Part shown: positions 45,092-54,567 of the stretch, piece by piece
Numbering within the stretch: position 1 is the first letter of the stretch
Layout of the letters: each line of letters opens with the position of its first letter
IMG/VR virus record: IMGVR_UViG_3300030390_001550
Coordinates: 1-64,000 of that record
Strand: one strand, 5' to 3'
Source: a virus
DNA: 64,000 bases
Notes under the pieces: generated by a model
The model's input: the letters and a program-made list of their open reading frames with translations, nothing else
What the model was told of the DNA's origin: nothing
The model's database searches: none
Translations under genes and position numbers: made by a program

Positions 45092-45292
45092 AGAAACTGA
45101 GTGAAAAGTTAAATTGGAACACGAAGTGTTGGAGTTTAAAAAATCATTCAGTGAAATCCTAGTTGTTTTGAAGCCTTGCAAGGTCATTCTAGGTCGGTGA
45201 ATACTCTGTACCGACGAAAACCAGAGCGGAATTGTCAACGAGAAAGACAAATAGGGGGTGGAGATTGTGCATAGTCTCCACCCTTGACCCTA
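45092..45292 (+). ncRNA. Putative structured ncRNA with H-type pseudoknot
   Basis: Five consecutive helices by eye in an intergenic gap; next gene likely starts at TTG 45310. Confidence 0.65.
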
Positions 45293-45309
45293 ATATAAGG
45301 AATAACGAG

Positions 45310-45498
45310 TTGTATAAATTAGAACGAAATGGTAAAATTGTAGAACGTATCGTAATGTCTGGTGATCTGGGATATAAAGTTTATCAGATTCCAGAAATAA
45401 TTGATTTAGTGTTTGATACAAAAGAACAAGCCAAACAAGTGGCAAATATATTGGACGCTAAAGTTGTAGTCCATCAAGAATATGCAAGAGTAGCATAA
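45310..45498 (+). CDS. Hypothetical protein
   Basis: AAGGA RBS before TTG 45310. Confidence 0.55.
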   Translation: MYKLERNGKIVERIVMSGDLGYKVYQIPEIIDLVFDTKEQAKQVANILDAKVVVHQEYARVA

Positions 45499-45520
45499 GG
45501 AATAAAATAAGGAGATTGCA

Positions 45521-45745
45521 ATGCTTACATGCTTAATAGTTGCAGGATCATTATGGATAGGTGATGACACTAGGATGTTTCCAACACAAGGAGCGTTTTA
45601 TTTTATTAAACAAAGAGATGTGATTGTAATTTATGATAATTCAAAACGAACAAGAATCGCTAGTTTTGTAATACCAAAGAATGTTAAAGGCGATACTATA
45701 AAAGAAGTATTTGAAAATTGTAATAACGCTCCCATGGTGGAATAG
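45521..45745 (+). CDS. Hypothetical protein
   Basis: AAGGAG RBS; 3' end overlaps tRNA-Leu. Confidence 0.55.
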   Translation: MLTCLIVAGSLWIGDDTRMFPTQGAFYFIKQRDVIVIYDNSKRTRIASFVIPKNVKGDTIKEVFENCNNAPMVE

Positions 45746-45814
45746 GTAGACACACCAGACTTAAAATCTGTTGCCCATAGTGGCGTCCCAGTTCAAGTCT
45801 GGGTGGGAGTACCA
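45728..45814 (+). tRNA. tRNA-Leu(TAA)
   Basis: GCTCCCA/TGGGAGT, CAGA-CTTAAAA-TCTG, type II variable arm, A73, CCA. Confidence 0.95.
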
Positions 45815-45820
45815 AATAAC

Positions 45821-45896
45821 GCGAGAGTAGCATAGTGGTTAATGCGCACCGCTCATAACGGTTTGATCGTAGGTTCAAATCCTACCTCTCGCACCA
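45821..45896 (+). tRNA. tRNA-CAT (Ile2 or elongator Met)
   Basis: GCGAGAG/CTCTCGC, ACCG-CTCATAA-CGGT, no initiator GGG/CCC, CCA. Confidence 0.9.
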
Positions 45897-45937
45897 ATTA
45901 TAAATAGCACTATATAAACTAACAAAGGATATTTCAA

Positions 45938-46255
45938 ATGGCAATTAAACCCCCCGCATGGGCAAAAGGCTCACATCCAACAATTAGTGGTTGGATGAAA
46001 GGTAGAGAGTTACTTGTGGCAAAAACAATATCTCAATCGGATATTGATGAATGGAATGGTACTTTAGGTCAACCAGTACCACCTGCTCCAAAACCAGAGC
46101 CAGAGCCAGTAGTAGTAGTAGAAGAAGATTTTTCTGAGATTGAAAATATGTCTAAAAGAGAATTAGAAGAATTTGCAAGAACTAAAGGTGTAGAATTAGA
46201 CAGACGCCAAAGTAAAAGATCATTGCTTACCATTGTAAAGGATGTTATGAAATAA
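45938..46255 (+). CDS. Late protein with C-terminal HeH/Rho-N-like motif
   Basis: Late promoter 45899; MSKRELEEFAR..GVELDRR. Confidence 0.75.
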   Translation: MAIKPPAWAKGSHPTISGWMKGRELLVAKTISQSDIDEWNGTLGQPVPPAPKPEPEPVVVVEEDFSEIENMSKRELEEFARTKGVELDRRQSKRSLLTIVKDVMK

Positions 46256-46518
46256 TGGATATTAAAGGGCCAGCATATTCACATAATTATGCGAGTCAAC
46301 CACTGGAACTAATTGTAAAGACTCAAGCAGCGAAAGAACTTCAAATGAATATAGTTGAACAAACTCGCCGTAGAACTGAGTTAACAGTGAGACAACCACA
46401 AAAAGCATTAGGTAACTCATATGAAGGTCATGCTGGTACATATGGTGCAGATGGTAAAAAAATGCATATACCACAAGTTGAGGGGGTTAAACCAAAAAGC
46501 ATAGATATTCAAGTATAG
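46255..46518 (+). CDS. Hypothetical protein
   Basis: TAATG coupling. Confidence 0.6.
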   Translation: MDIKGPAYSHNYASQPLELIVKTQAAKELQMNIVEQTRRRTELTVRQPQKALGNSYEGHAGTYGADGKKMHIPQVEGVKPKSIDIQV

Positions 46519-46536
46519 TATAAGGAACTGATTATT

Positions 46537-46794
46537 ATGAAGGTTATAAAAGCACAAGATATTATAAGTGAACCTCGCTCAGTGGGTTGGAATGATCCTA
46601 TCGCTAATAAAACTTTTCCAGAAGATGGTCCACTTAAATTTGCTACAGAAAATGGAACTAACAATGTTTCTAGGCAAGAACTGGTAACATACAAAAGACG
46701 TAATGGTAAAATGGTAAGAGAGACTGTAGTGAGAGTATTTTCAACAAATGATTACATAGATCATACTAATACCGTAATCTTATCCGAATTATAA
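46537..46794 (+). CDS. Hypothetical protein
   Basis: AAGGA RBS. Confidence 0.65.
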   Translation: MKVIKAQDIISEPRSVGWNDPIANKTFPEDGPLKFATENGTNNVSRQELVTYKRRNGKMVRETVVRVFSTNDYIDHTNTVILSEL

Positions 46795-46809
46795 AATAAG
46801 GAGAGAGCG

Positions 46810-47019
46810 ATGCGTGAATTATTAATAAGAGCATTTAAAAGCCATTCTCAAGGCCATATTGATAAACACCTAGCCAATTTTGAAGTGTATCTTCATAATG
46901 CTGCTGGAGTTGGAGAACATCCAGATATTATTGAAGCAATGGAAATGGAAATGGAACAAGTTGCAAAATACCACGATTTACTTGAAATGGTGGAAAAATA
47001 TGTTGAGAGTGATATTTGA
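46810..47019 (+). CDS. Conserved T4-like small protein
   Basis: H..N.EVYL....GVGEHPDI.EA family. Confidence 0.8.
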   Translation: MRELLIRAFKSHSQGHIDKHLANFEVYLHNAAGVGEHPDIIEAMEMEMEQVAKYHDLLEMVEKYVESDI

Positions 47020-47666
47020 CTCTAAATATTAAAAATGGGGTCAACAATTGTTGGGTATCACCTATATTAAAAACATCAATCACTAAGACTGAGTGTGATA
47101 GATTGTTTACTGATATAATGATTGCTCATAGTGTTGACTCCAAAACAGGAAATAAAAAAAGAAAAAACTTTAAAGGTTTAGGTGATAAATCTGATAAGGG
47201 TATGCATATTGGGCAAATTGATATAGAGGAAGATTTGCTGCTTAGAACTTGTGCAGATAGATTTTTTGGTGAATATTTTGATAAGGTTTTGGGTATCAAT
47301 TTAAAAGATTTTGATTACAGATATTCATCTGCGTTTAATATTAATCGTGGTAGGGGGTCAATGCCAATTCATCAACATCAAGAGGTTGATTTTATTTCAG
47401 TTGTCTACTTATATGCAGATGCAGAAGATGGACAAATAGTTCTGCATGATCCAAGATGGGCGATAGCATCTAAAGGTTATAAAACTGAATTTTTAGACCA
47501 TTATGGTTCTATAGAATTTACACCAAAAACTGGAGATGTTCTTGTAATGCCAGCCTACATATATCATTCAGTAAAACAAAGTTTAGCACCTCTAAGAGTG
47601 TCTATGCCTATTGACTTAATTATTAATTCAAATGATGAGGAAATAAAAAATGAAATATGTTATTGA
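47016..47666 (+). CDS. 2OG-Fe(II) oxygenase-like protein
   Basis: H.H...SVVY, DPR, P..GD....P.Y..H.V, R.S. Confidence 0.75.
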   Translation: MTLNIKNGVNNCWVSPILKTSITKTECDRLFTDIMIAHSVDSKTGNKKRKNFKGLGDKSDKGMHIGQIDIEEDLLLRTCADRFFGEYFDKVLGINLKDFDYRYSSAFNINRGRGSMPIHQHQEVDFISVVYLYADAEDGQIVLHDPRWAIASKGYKTEFLDHYGSIEFTPKTGDVLVMPAYIYHSVKQSLAPLRVSMPIDLIINSNDEEIKNEICY

Positions 47667-47982
47667 TATTGATGGAACGATTTGTAATGAGGTTTTAAAA
47701 CCTGATGGTAAAAAAGACTATGAATTGCATGAACCCATGATGAATAGGATTGAAAAGGTAAATAAATTATATGATGCTGGTCATACTATAAAATATATGA
47801 CTGCAAGAGGTTGTGTGAGTGGTGTTGATTATGAACCTCTTACTAGGAGACAACTTATGGCTTGGGGTGCAAAATATCACGAATTGAGTGTTGGTAAAAA
47901 AGAACATTATGATATTTGGATTGATGACAAAGCATTTTGGTCTGAGAACTTTTTCCGAGAAACTGGGGAAACTTATGAGTAG
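47650..47982 (+). CDS. HAD-like phosphatase (capsule-biosynthesis type)
   Basis: IDIDGTIC, TARG, WIDDKA. Confidence 0.85.
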   Translation: MKYVIDIDGTICNEVLKPDGKKDYELHEPMMNRIEKVNKLYDAGHTIKYMTARGCVSGVDYEPLTRRQLMAWGAKYHELSVGKKEHYDIWIDDKAFWSENFFRETGETYE

Positions 47983-48127
47983 GATTCCTATGAAGGGCGG
48001 TGATGAGTACGATGGTCTTACTAAGGCTCGTAAATATTACAACTGGAGTAAGGGACAACTTAAAAAAATCAAACGTGGTTATAATAAGAGATTTCGTAAA
48101 GTAGGAAAAAAAATAACATATGAGTGA
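47975..48127 (+). CDS. Small basic conserved phage protein
   Basis: MKGGDEYD.LT..RK...KKIKR.YNKR.R. Confidence 0.7.
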   Translation: MSRIPMKGGDEYDGLTKARKYYNWSKGQLKKIKRGYNKRFRKVGKKITYE

Positions 48128-48846
48128 TTATGATAATATATTTTAGAAATTATTTTAGAAATAAAACTTTAAATTTAACAGTAAAGAGTGTTAGGTATTT
48201 TATGCCTAACGCAGAAATAAATTGTGTATGTTTTTATGACAAAGATGTATCTGAATATGATAATTTTGAAAAAATATGTGGAGTAGATAATATAATCTAT
48301 AAGAAAACATCCTATCCAAATGATACAAATATTTCTCCAGAAATTTCAAATAATCAAAAAACTTCTGGATCATTGGGTAGTAGAAATTTAAAAATTTTTA
48401 CTGAGGGATATAATACTATTTTTAGTGAGGTAAAAAATAGAGATGAAAAAGTTTTATTACTCACAGAAGATCATTTTTTTACAAATGGAAAAACATTAAA
48501 AGAATTGCTTAATTCTGACTTTAGCCTAGCATATGCAAGATTTGGTAAAGGCGTTCACACAATAAAACAAAACGATAGATTTTTACCTAACGCTAGTATA
48601 ATTTGTTTTTTACCTAAAAAAATAAAACATCTATTTCCCTTAAATCTTGTAACTACAAAAAATAGTAAAGACCCTTGGTCTAATGCGATTGAGTACCATC
48701 TGAAAAAAATATTAATAGATCGTGTAAAATTAAACGAATTACATATAATTTCAACTAGAAATCATGCTAACTATATGGGAGATGGATTGCTTACCAATGA
48801 TTATTTAGATATTGAAAATAGATTAAAGAATTGTGATATTATATGA
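48124..48846 (+). CDS. Glycosyltransferase-like hypothetical protein
   Basis: LLTEDH; very AT-rich; next to a sugar nucleotidyltransferase. Confidence 0.55.
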   Translation: MIMIIYFRNYFRNKTLNLTVKSVRYFMPNAEINCVCFYDKDVSEYDNFEKICGVDNIIYKKTSYPNDTNISPEISNNQKTSGSLGSRNLKIFTEGYNTIFSEVKNRDEKVLLLTEDHFFTNGKTLKELLNSDFSLAYARFGKGVHTIKQNDRFLPNASIICFLPKKIKHLFPLNLVTTKNSKDPWSNAIEYHLKKILIDRVKLNELHIISTRNHANYMGDGLLTNDYLDIENRLKNCDII

Positions 48847-49511
48847 TAACAGGAATTGTACCTATAGGTGGTTTTGGGACAAGATTAGGAATGACATTTT
48901 CAAAAGAAATGTTACCTCAAAGAAATTACAAATACTATAATCCAGTATCAAATCATTTGGTTTCAAAGATGATAGATGCAGGTGCTAAAAAAATAATATT
49001 TATTCATGGTGATGAATTAAAAAGTGATGTTACTTCTTTTTTTACTAATGATAATTTTATTCATATTTGTCAGAAAAAATCTGGTTTCGCAAACGTGTTA
49101 GTTGAGTTTTTAGATTATAATCATACGACTAAAAATGATATATTATTTTTTGGTATGCCTGATACTATTTTTGAGAATAACCCCTTTATTGAAATGGCCT
49201 CAATTAAAGGCGTAGTTGCTGGAACATTTATTACTGATGACGAATCTAAAGTTGATAGATTGGAAAAAAATATGAAAAATTTTAAAGTTAAATCTAAAAT
49301 GGAAAGAATGTTATCAAATAGGTTTTGGGGTGTGCTAAAATTTGATGGAAAAAACCTAATTGATGCTTATGAACAAAACCTATTTAAAAAATACACTGAG
49401 GTCGGAGATATAGTTAATTCATTAGGTTTTAAGATTGTTGATGGTAGAAAGTATATAGATTTAGGTACTTGGAATAATTATAATAGGTACTTATCTCATG
49501 GTTACTATTGA
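48843..49511 (+). CDS. Sugar-phosphate nucleotidyltransferase
   Basis: GIVP.GG.GTRLG....KE.LP, GMPD, YIDLGT. Confidence 0.85.
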   Translation: MITGIVPIGGFGTRLGMTFSKEMLPQRNYKYYNPVSNHLVSKMIDAGAKKIIFIHGDELKSDVTSFFTNDNFIHICQKKSGFANVLVEFLDYNHTTKNDILFFGMPDTIFENNPFIEMASIKGVVAGTFITDDESKVDRLEKNMKNFKVKSKMERMLSNRFWGVLKFDGKNLIDAYEQNLFKKYTEVGDIVNSLGFKIVDGRKYIDLGTWNNYNRYLSHGYY

Positions 49512-49857
49512 AGTTGATGAATCTTATGCGTTTGATTTTTTAAGCATCGCTTGGGTAAAAAAAATTAAAAAATTAAAAAATGCAGATGAACAATTCTTTT
49601 TTTATTTTGAAAATATCAAATATCAAATAGGTAGCGATCTATTTTATGAAATAATTGAGTCCTCAGAGTATAATTCTTTGATCCACTATAATGAAAGAAT
49701 ATACGAAAAGTTAGAAGAAATTAGATGTAATAATTGCATAGTTTCAGCAAAAATAATTGACGATTTGAATACTTGTAGATATCATTCAAAAGTAAAACTT
49801 CAAAAAAGTTTTTTTGGGAAAGATATAAAAGAAATTAAAAGTGATATGATGACGTAA
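49498..49857 (+). CDS. Hypothetical protein
   Basis: VDE.YAFD.LSI family found in sugar islands. Confidence 0.65.
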   Translation: MVTIEVDESYAFDFLSIAWVKKIKKLKNADEQFFFYFENIKYQIGSDLFYEIIESSEYNSLIHYNERIYEKLEEIRCNNCIVSAKIIDDLNTCRYHSKVKLQKSFFGKDIKEIKSDMMT

Positions 49858-50065
49858 CATCACGAAATAATTTCTGTATAATTTGTATAAATATTACTGA
49901 ATAACGGAGTTTTTTTTATGATAAAGTTAACTGAAAACGACGAGATAGCCCAATGTCGCAAAATTATATCAGAACAATATAATCAAATTGAACTATTGAA
50001 AAAACACTTGGCAGACGAAACAAGAGAGAAATATGGTTATATAAAACGTATAAAGGAATTGTTAA

Positions 50066-50464
50066 ATGGTTAAATTATATTATGCCTTGATTTTATCTTT
50101 TGTTTTAATTTCAAGTGCATTCGCTCAAAGTAAAGATAAAGTCCCGAAAGAATCTCCACAAGAGATGCCTCAAATGGACCCTAGTACTTCTACACCCGTT
50201 GCTATGAGAAGTATATGTGATGAACCAAAAAAAATAAAAGAAATAATTGATCAATATGGAGAAAAGAAATTATTTGATGCTTTTGGAATAACCTTTGTAA
50301 TACCACCTAATTATCCACCAGAATATGCTAAACAGTTGAACGGAATTACTTCAATGTTTGTTAATCCAGATACTGGAACTTTTTCTATTATATTTAAAGG
50401 TGAGGGGTTTTCATGTCTAATTTTAAATGGAAATAAATTTACTCCAGGTGGAATAGACCAATGA
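50066..50464 (+). CDS. Secreted hypothetical protein
   Basis: Signal peptide; VNPDTGTFS..C. Confidence 0.7.
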   Translation: MVKLYYALILSFVLISSAFAQSKDKVPKESPQEMPQMDPSTSTPVAMRSICDEPKKIKEIIDQYGEKKLFDAFGITFVIPPNYPPEYAKQLNGITSMFVNPDTGTFSIIFKGEGFSCLILNGNKFTPGGIDQ

Positions 50465-50772
50465 ATTATGCTGCATGGATATTGTACTCTTTGTTTAGTT
50501 TAAACGATGGGCAAGCGTATGTTATTCAAGGCCAAAATTTTAAGACTTCTCAAGAATGTGTTGTATTCGCAAAAGCAAATATAAGAGGTCTTGGTACAAC
50601 AATGTATAATGAATTATCTAGACAATATGGAGAAGGAAATTTTGTGCCATTGGAAATAGGATGTGTTCCTAAAAAACCAAACGGTTCAGATGATCCTGCA
50701 AAACGTATTCCAATTGTTGCTATGCCAAGAGAACTTTATCCAAAGGTAGAAGATCAAGGGATTGCTTTATGA
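50461..50772 (+). CDS. Secreted/membrane hypothetical protein
   Basis: F.T.QEC motif; hydrophobic N-terminus. Confidence 0.65.
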   Translation: MNYAAWILYSLFSLNDGQAYVIQGQNFKTSQECVVFAKANIRGLGTTMYNELSRQYGEGNFVPLEIGCVPKKPNGSDDPAKRIPIVAMPRELYPKVEDQGIAL

Positions 50773-51011
50773 TACATGATATGGCTATTTCTTGGTTAAA
50801 TTTTATAAAAAGAAAAACTCAGCGTAAAACTGATCCAAAATTTTTAAGAGAATTATCTGATATGTATCATAAAGAGAGAACTGAAAATTTTAGAGAGAAT
50901 ATAAGAAATATGCAAAATAGAAGCAGACAAATTAAAGAAATGCAAACTGAAAAGCAAGAATCTTATCACGATTATATTGCAAGAAGATTGAGGGAAACAA
51001 AAGATGAGTGA
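50769..51011 (+). CDS. Hypothetical protein
   Basis: ESYHDYIARR. Confidence 0.6.
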   Translation: MIHDMAISWLNFIKRKTQRKTDPKFLRELSDMYHKERTENFRENIRNMQNRSRQIKEMQTEKQESYHDYIARRLRETKDE

Positions 51012-51267
51012 TGATATTTTTGACTTTGGATTTACAGCAGTTACTGAAGATGAATTAGAGACCGTACAAGAACTCACTCAAAAATCCACATCTAGTGCTG
51101 AAAATCTAGATGCTGTTCAAGATAAAATTGATAAACTTTATAATGCAATAATCCCCTTGCTCAATAACCTTAAAAAGAATCCACAAAAAGATTATATTCA
51201 TTGGCCCAACAGACTCACGAAAGTTGAGCAGTTTGAAGAAATGTTAACTAAGATTTATAAATTATAG
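51004..51267 (+). CDS. Conserved T4-like hypothetical protein
   Basis: DFGFTAV.E.EL...PLLNNL.KNP.KDYI.WPNR. Confidence 0.8.
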   Translation: MSDDIFDFGFTAVTEDELETVQELTQKSTSSAENLDAVQDKIDKLYNAIIPLLNNLKKNPQKDYIHWPNRLTKVEQFEEMLTKIYKL

Positions 51268-51269
51268 AG

Positions 51270-51332
51270 TTGACAATCTAATTTAAATATCGTAAGTTAT
51301 AAGAGTAAAGAGAATCACTTGAAAGGGTTCCT
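51270..51332 (+). promoter_or_regulatory. Early promoter-leader cassette
   Basis: TTGACA-17-TAAGTT-ATAAGAGTAAAGAGAATCACTTGAAAGG. Confidence 0.85.
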
Positions 51333-51974
51333 ATGCTCATTTATCAAACACACCAAAAGCCCATTGCACAAAATCTACAATCTCTTAACTGGGATAATTC
51401 AGATATTATGTCATACTTGGCGTATCTCAATAAGAAGCAGACTCTTATTGAAACTGGTCGCAAACATGGCAAGTATAGTCGTGACTCAGATCGTTCAAAA
51501 GTTTATAATGCTGAGTTTAAGTATGAACGTACTTATGGTATGGGCAAGAAATTCAAAAACCTCGCAGAAGCACAAAAGTATTGTGACCACGTTCTCGCCT
51601 CAAAGACTTGGCAGAAAATGTCAAACACTACTCATATTGCTTTGTCTACCATGCATGGCAATAGAACTGCTGGTCGCGCTTGGAGAAATAATATTGATCT
51701 GAATGTCAAAGGTGGAATGAACCAGTATGTTCTCATTCATGAGATGGCTCATTGTGCTGGTAATATGCACCACGACACTCAGTTTCGGATTGATCTATTG
51801 AAGTTGGTATCTCGTTTCATTGGTAAAGAGCAAGCAGAATATCTCAAGGCTTGTTTCAAGGAAAAGAAACTCAAACTCAAAATCAATACTAATGTCATGA
51901 AGCCTGATGCTTGGATGAAAATGAACAAGCGTATGGAAATGGCAAGAGATAAAAGGGTTGACATTGCAGCATAA
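51333..51974 (+). CDS. Zinc metallopeptidase-like (SprT-like) early protein
   Basis: RDS.RSKVY.AE, HEMAH....HH..F. Confidence 0.8.
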   Translation: MLIYQTHQKPIAQNLQSLNWDNSDIMSYLAYLNKKQTLIETGRKHGKYSRDSDRSKVYNAEFKYERTYGMGKKFKNLAEAQKYCDHVLASKTWQKMSNTTHIALSTMHGNRTAGRAWRNNIDLNVKGGMNQYVLIHEMAHCAGNMHHDTQFRIDLLKLVSRFIGKEQAEYLKACFKEKKLKLKINTNVMKPDAWMKMNKRMEMARDKRVDIAA

Positions 51975-52023
51975 TTATCGTAGTTTATAAGAGTAAAGAG
52001 AATCACTTGAAAGGATTTAGACC
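51958..52023 (+). promoter_or_regulatory. Early promoter-leader cassette
   Basis: TTGACA-17-TAGTTT-ATAAGAGTAAAGAGAATCACTTGAAAGGA. Confidence 0.85.
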
Positions 52024-52395
52024 ATGACTAAGTTTAACAAAGCAGATTTTAGCTACCACGGTGGATACTTAACGTACACAGGCGATTATGAAGGTCGCCC
52101 AGTATGGCAGACAACAACAGCAGCGGGAGGCTCAGTCCACCCATCACTTGTTGGAAAAGGCAAAGATTTGTTCATTGCACGGTTCAAGCATCGTGGACCT
52201 TTCACCAAAGCAAAGTTTCTTGCTGAACTAGTAAAGTCTTTTACAGTTGAAGAGTATGTTGAAGAGCGGGCAAAAGATGGACTTGATAGTTCTCCCTTGC
52301 AAATCCTTCGGAATAAAAATGAAGATTGGTACTATAAAGTAATGTTTGCTTGGAAGAATAAAAATACACCAATCTGTGCTTACGATCACGCATAA
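52024..52395 (+). CDS. Early hypothetical protein
   Basis: F.Y.GGYL.Y...FIARFK family. Confidence 0.75.
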   Translation: MTKFNKADFSYHGGYLTYTGDYEGRPVWQTTTAAGGSVHPSLVGKGKDLFIARFKHRGPFTKAKFLAELVKSFTVEEYVEERAKDGLDSSPLQILRNKNEDWYYKVMFAWKNKNTPICAYDHA

Positions 52396-52414
52396 AGTTT
52401 TCTTCTTAATGGTA

Positions 52415-52477
52415 TTGACACTCTTACTCTTATATCGTAGTTTATAAGAGTAAGAGAATCACTTGAAAGGTTTCATC
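52415..52477 (+). promoter_or_regulatory. Early promoter-leader cassette
   Basis: TTGACA-17-TAGTTT-ATAAGAGTAAGAGAATCACTTGAAAGG. Confidence 0.85.
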
Positions 52478-52654
52478 ATGACTGAATATAGGGAAGTCGC
52501 CCAAATGCTTCGGCAGTTGATCAAAAACACAAACTCACCAGAGAGTCCAATTCCTGCTGGACATATTATGGTATTATCAGAGATGCTTGATGAAAAGGCA
52601 GATAGTGTTGAGTTAGAGATGATAATTGAAATGCAAAGAAAGGCAGTCGCATGA
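52478..52654 (+). CDS. Early hypothetical protein
   Basis: ATG after cassette. Confidence 0.65.
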   Translation: MTEYREVAQMLRQLIKNTNSPESPIPAGHIMVLSEMLDEKADSVELEMIIEMQRKAVA

Positions 52655-52899
52655 AAATGAAAGTTGTAAGTTCAAATGGATACACTATTGGTGATTTCCA
52701 AGAGGCATTTGATAAGTTGACCCAAAATATGGAAAACTGGAAAATGCCAATCAAATCCACAATTCGGATTGCTGAGTTGACATTGATGAGTGAAGCGTGT
52801 ACTTGGTTTACTGGATCAGAATTGACTCAAACAAACCACAATGGTGATGGAACTATGGAAGTTAGTGCTGATGGTTATTACATGGCAATAGGAGCATAA
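52651..52899 (+). CDS. Early hypothetical protein
   Basis: NWK.PI...A..FTG...V.ADGYY family. Confidence 0.75.
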   Translation: MKMKVVSSNGYTIGDFQEAFDKLTQNMENWKMPIKSTIRIAELTLMSEACTWFTGSELTQTNHNGDGTMEVSADGYYMAIGA

Positions 52900-52900
52900 A

Positions 52901-53113
52901 ATGACTAAATATGATAAAAGACATGGTGGCCCATACGATAGGGGTAGTGCAGATTCTTGGTATCGGCGTGGAGTTGAACCTCACTATTGGTCGCAAGGTA
53001 CTGGTAGTGGTATAAAAACAGAAGAAAAAGATATGACGCCCGATGAAATAAAAGCGTATCTTGCTGGCTATGATGAAAATGAAAGTTCTGGCTGTCACAA
53101 GGATTGGTTTTAA
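52901..53113 (+). CDS. Early hypothetical protein
   Basis: RHGGPYDRGSADS.Y motif. Confidence 0.75.
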   Translation: MTKYDKRHGGPYDRGSADSWYRRGVEPHYWSQGTGSGIKTEEKDMTPDEIKAYLAGYDENESSGCHKDWF

Positions 53114-53124
53114 GGAGCAATAAG

Positions 53125-53331
53125 ATGGCAATATATCGTCACGATAACCTAATACTAGATTTGTCTGGTCCTAGTAATGCCAAAGCAAAAGTGTATCGTG
53201 ATGGTATGTTACTTTTTCAAGGACAAAGCGGATATGCGGTTCCTTTATTTGTAAAAGAATGTAACGACAAAGATGTAACCTTTAAATTTTATTCACAAAC
53301 CACTAGACAAAATTTGACAAATGGGTTATAA
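53125..53331 (+). CDS. Hypothetical protein
   Basis: AAGGAG RBS. Confidence 0.6.
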   Translation: MAIYRHDNLILDLSGPSNAKAKVYRDGMLLFQGQSGYAVPLFVKECNDKDVTFKFYSQTTRQNLTNGL

Positions 53332-53629
53332 TGGTAAAAATAATGATTCGGAGAAAAGTATGAAAACAGCGACTACTCAAGCAGATCGTATGGCACTTAT
53401 TGCAGAGGTTCACCAACGACATAAAAAGTTAAAAAGGTTAAAATTAAACAGTAAAAAGCGTCCAATGATCAAACGAGATTTCGCTAAAATCGTGGTAGAT
53501 GATACTGATGAAAATATCAACCATTATACTGATGCAAGTAAATATGCAAAAGAATATTATGCGGATATTTTATACCAAACAATTAAGTATGATAATCCAG
53601 GTGTTGGTGAAGATTGGGGTGATTATTGA
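53321..53629 (+). CDS. Hypothetical protein
   Basis: NHYTDASKYAKEYY; likely start at 53360. Confidence 0.65.
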   Translation: MGYNGKNNDSEKSMKTATTQADRMALIAEVHQRHKKLKRLKLNSKKRPMIKRDFAKIVVDDTDENINHYTDASKYAKEYYADILYQTIKYDNPGVGEDWGDY

Positions 53630-53994
53630 TGGAAGTCAATACTCATGGGATTGAAGAAGAAGAAAATGAACATGCCATAGAACGGCGTGTTTATATGGAT
53701 ATTACGCCCAGACCAAAACAATCTGAAATCGTTACTTCTCTTAAAAATCAAGCGGGTAAAGAATGGCAGTCTAGATGTACGGAACATTTTGCGTGGAAAG
53801 CGGCAGATCATATAATTGAACTTGAAAATAATGCAATCTTAGAAAATGAAATCCAAATTATTATGTGGAAATCTTTAGAGAGAGTTAAAATCCAACAAAA
53901 TGAACTGGAAGAAGAAAATAAATTCCTAAAAGGACTTATTAACAAGTATCATTTGGAGCATGATGCCTTTACTGGAAAGGGAAATATAACATGA
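53626..53994 (+). CDS. Hypothetical protein
   Basis: AW.AAD.I.ELE motif. Confidence 0.65.
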   Translation: MMEVNTHGIEEEENEHAIERRVYMDITPRPKQSEIVTSLKNQAGKEWQSRCTEHFAWKAADHIIELENNAILENEIQIIMWKSLERVKIQQNELEEENKFLKGLINKYHLEHDAFTGKGNIT

Positions 53995-54335
53995 CTATGC
54001 ATCTTATGCGAGGTATGTCCTCAAACAGTACAAAGAAACGTAAATTGAAAAGAAGTCCGGGCTGGAAAAAACGCCAAGAGGAACATAACGCATTTCTTAA
54101 AAAAATGGGAGTGAGCGATAGACCTAGCACCTATCGCTCAGATATGCCTGATTTAAGTGTCCGAAAAATGCCACAAACTTCAGACAGTATTTGTTCAAAT
54201 GGTTTGAAAAAAGAAACACCGACTTACACTGGAAATGAAATTGCTGGTATTGTGACAACACACAAGAGTAATCTTATGCCAATTCGTAAAGATAATAAAA
54301 ATGCGGCAATTGATGCTGCTAATATGCGGAGATAA
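53991..54335 (+). CDS. Conserved T4-like hypothetical protein
   Basis: YTG....GI.T.HKSN..P...MRR. Confidence 0.8.
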   Translation: MTMHLMRGMSSNSTKKRKLKRSPGWKKRQEEHNAFLKKMGVSDRPSTYRSDMPDLSVRKMPQTSDSICSNGLKKETPTYTGNEIAGIVTTHKSNLMPIRKDNKNAAIDAANMRR

Positions 54336-54336
54336 T

Positions 54337-54567
54337 ATGTTTACAGTAGAACATGAATTTGATTACTCTACAGTGGTTGTTATGGATAATCATAATAAAG
54401 CAGACGATGTTGAAATTATATTTGATGAAGAATATGTATATGTAAGACAGTATGATAAAGAAGATGATTTTAATATCGTTGTAATAACTCCACAAATGTT
54501 TAAAGAAATAATTGCTGCCTATAATATGTCAGAGGGTTCATATGTAACTGGAAAATTTAAAAAATGA
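54337..54567 (+). CDS. Hypothetical protein
   Basis: MFTVE.EFD...VYVRQ family. Confidence 0.7.
   Translation: MFTVEHEFDYSTVVVMDNHNKADDVEIIFDEEYVYVRQYDKEDDFNIVVITPQMFKEIIAAYNMSEGSYVTGKFKK

Noticed and set aside
45092-45292. tmRNA, 6S RNA or RNase P identity for the structured RNA
   Set aside because: No T-arm/CCA acceptor piece or tag frame, not a single rod with a central bubble, and no RNase P P4 consensus seen; left as unknown.
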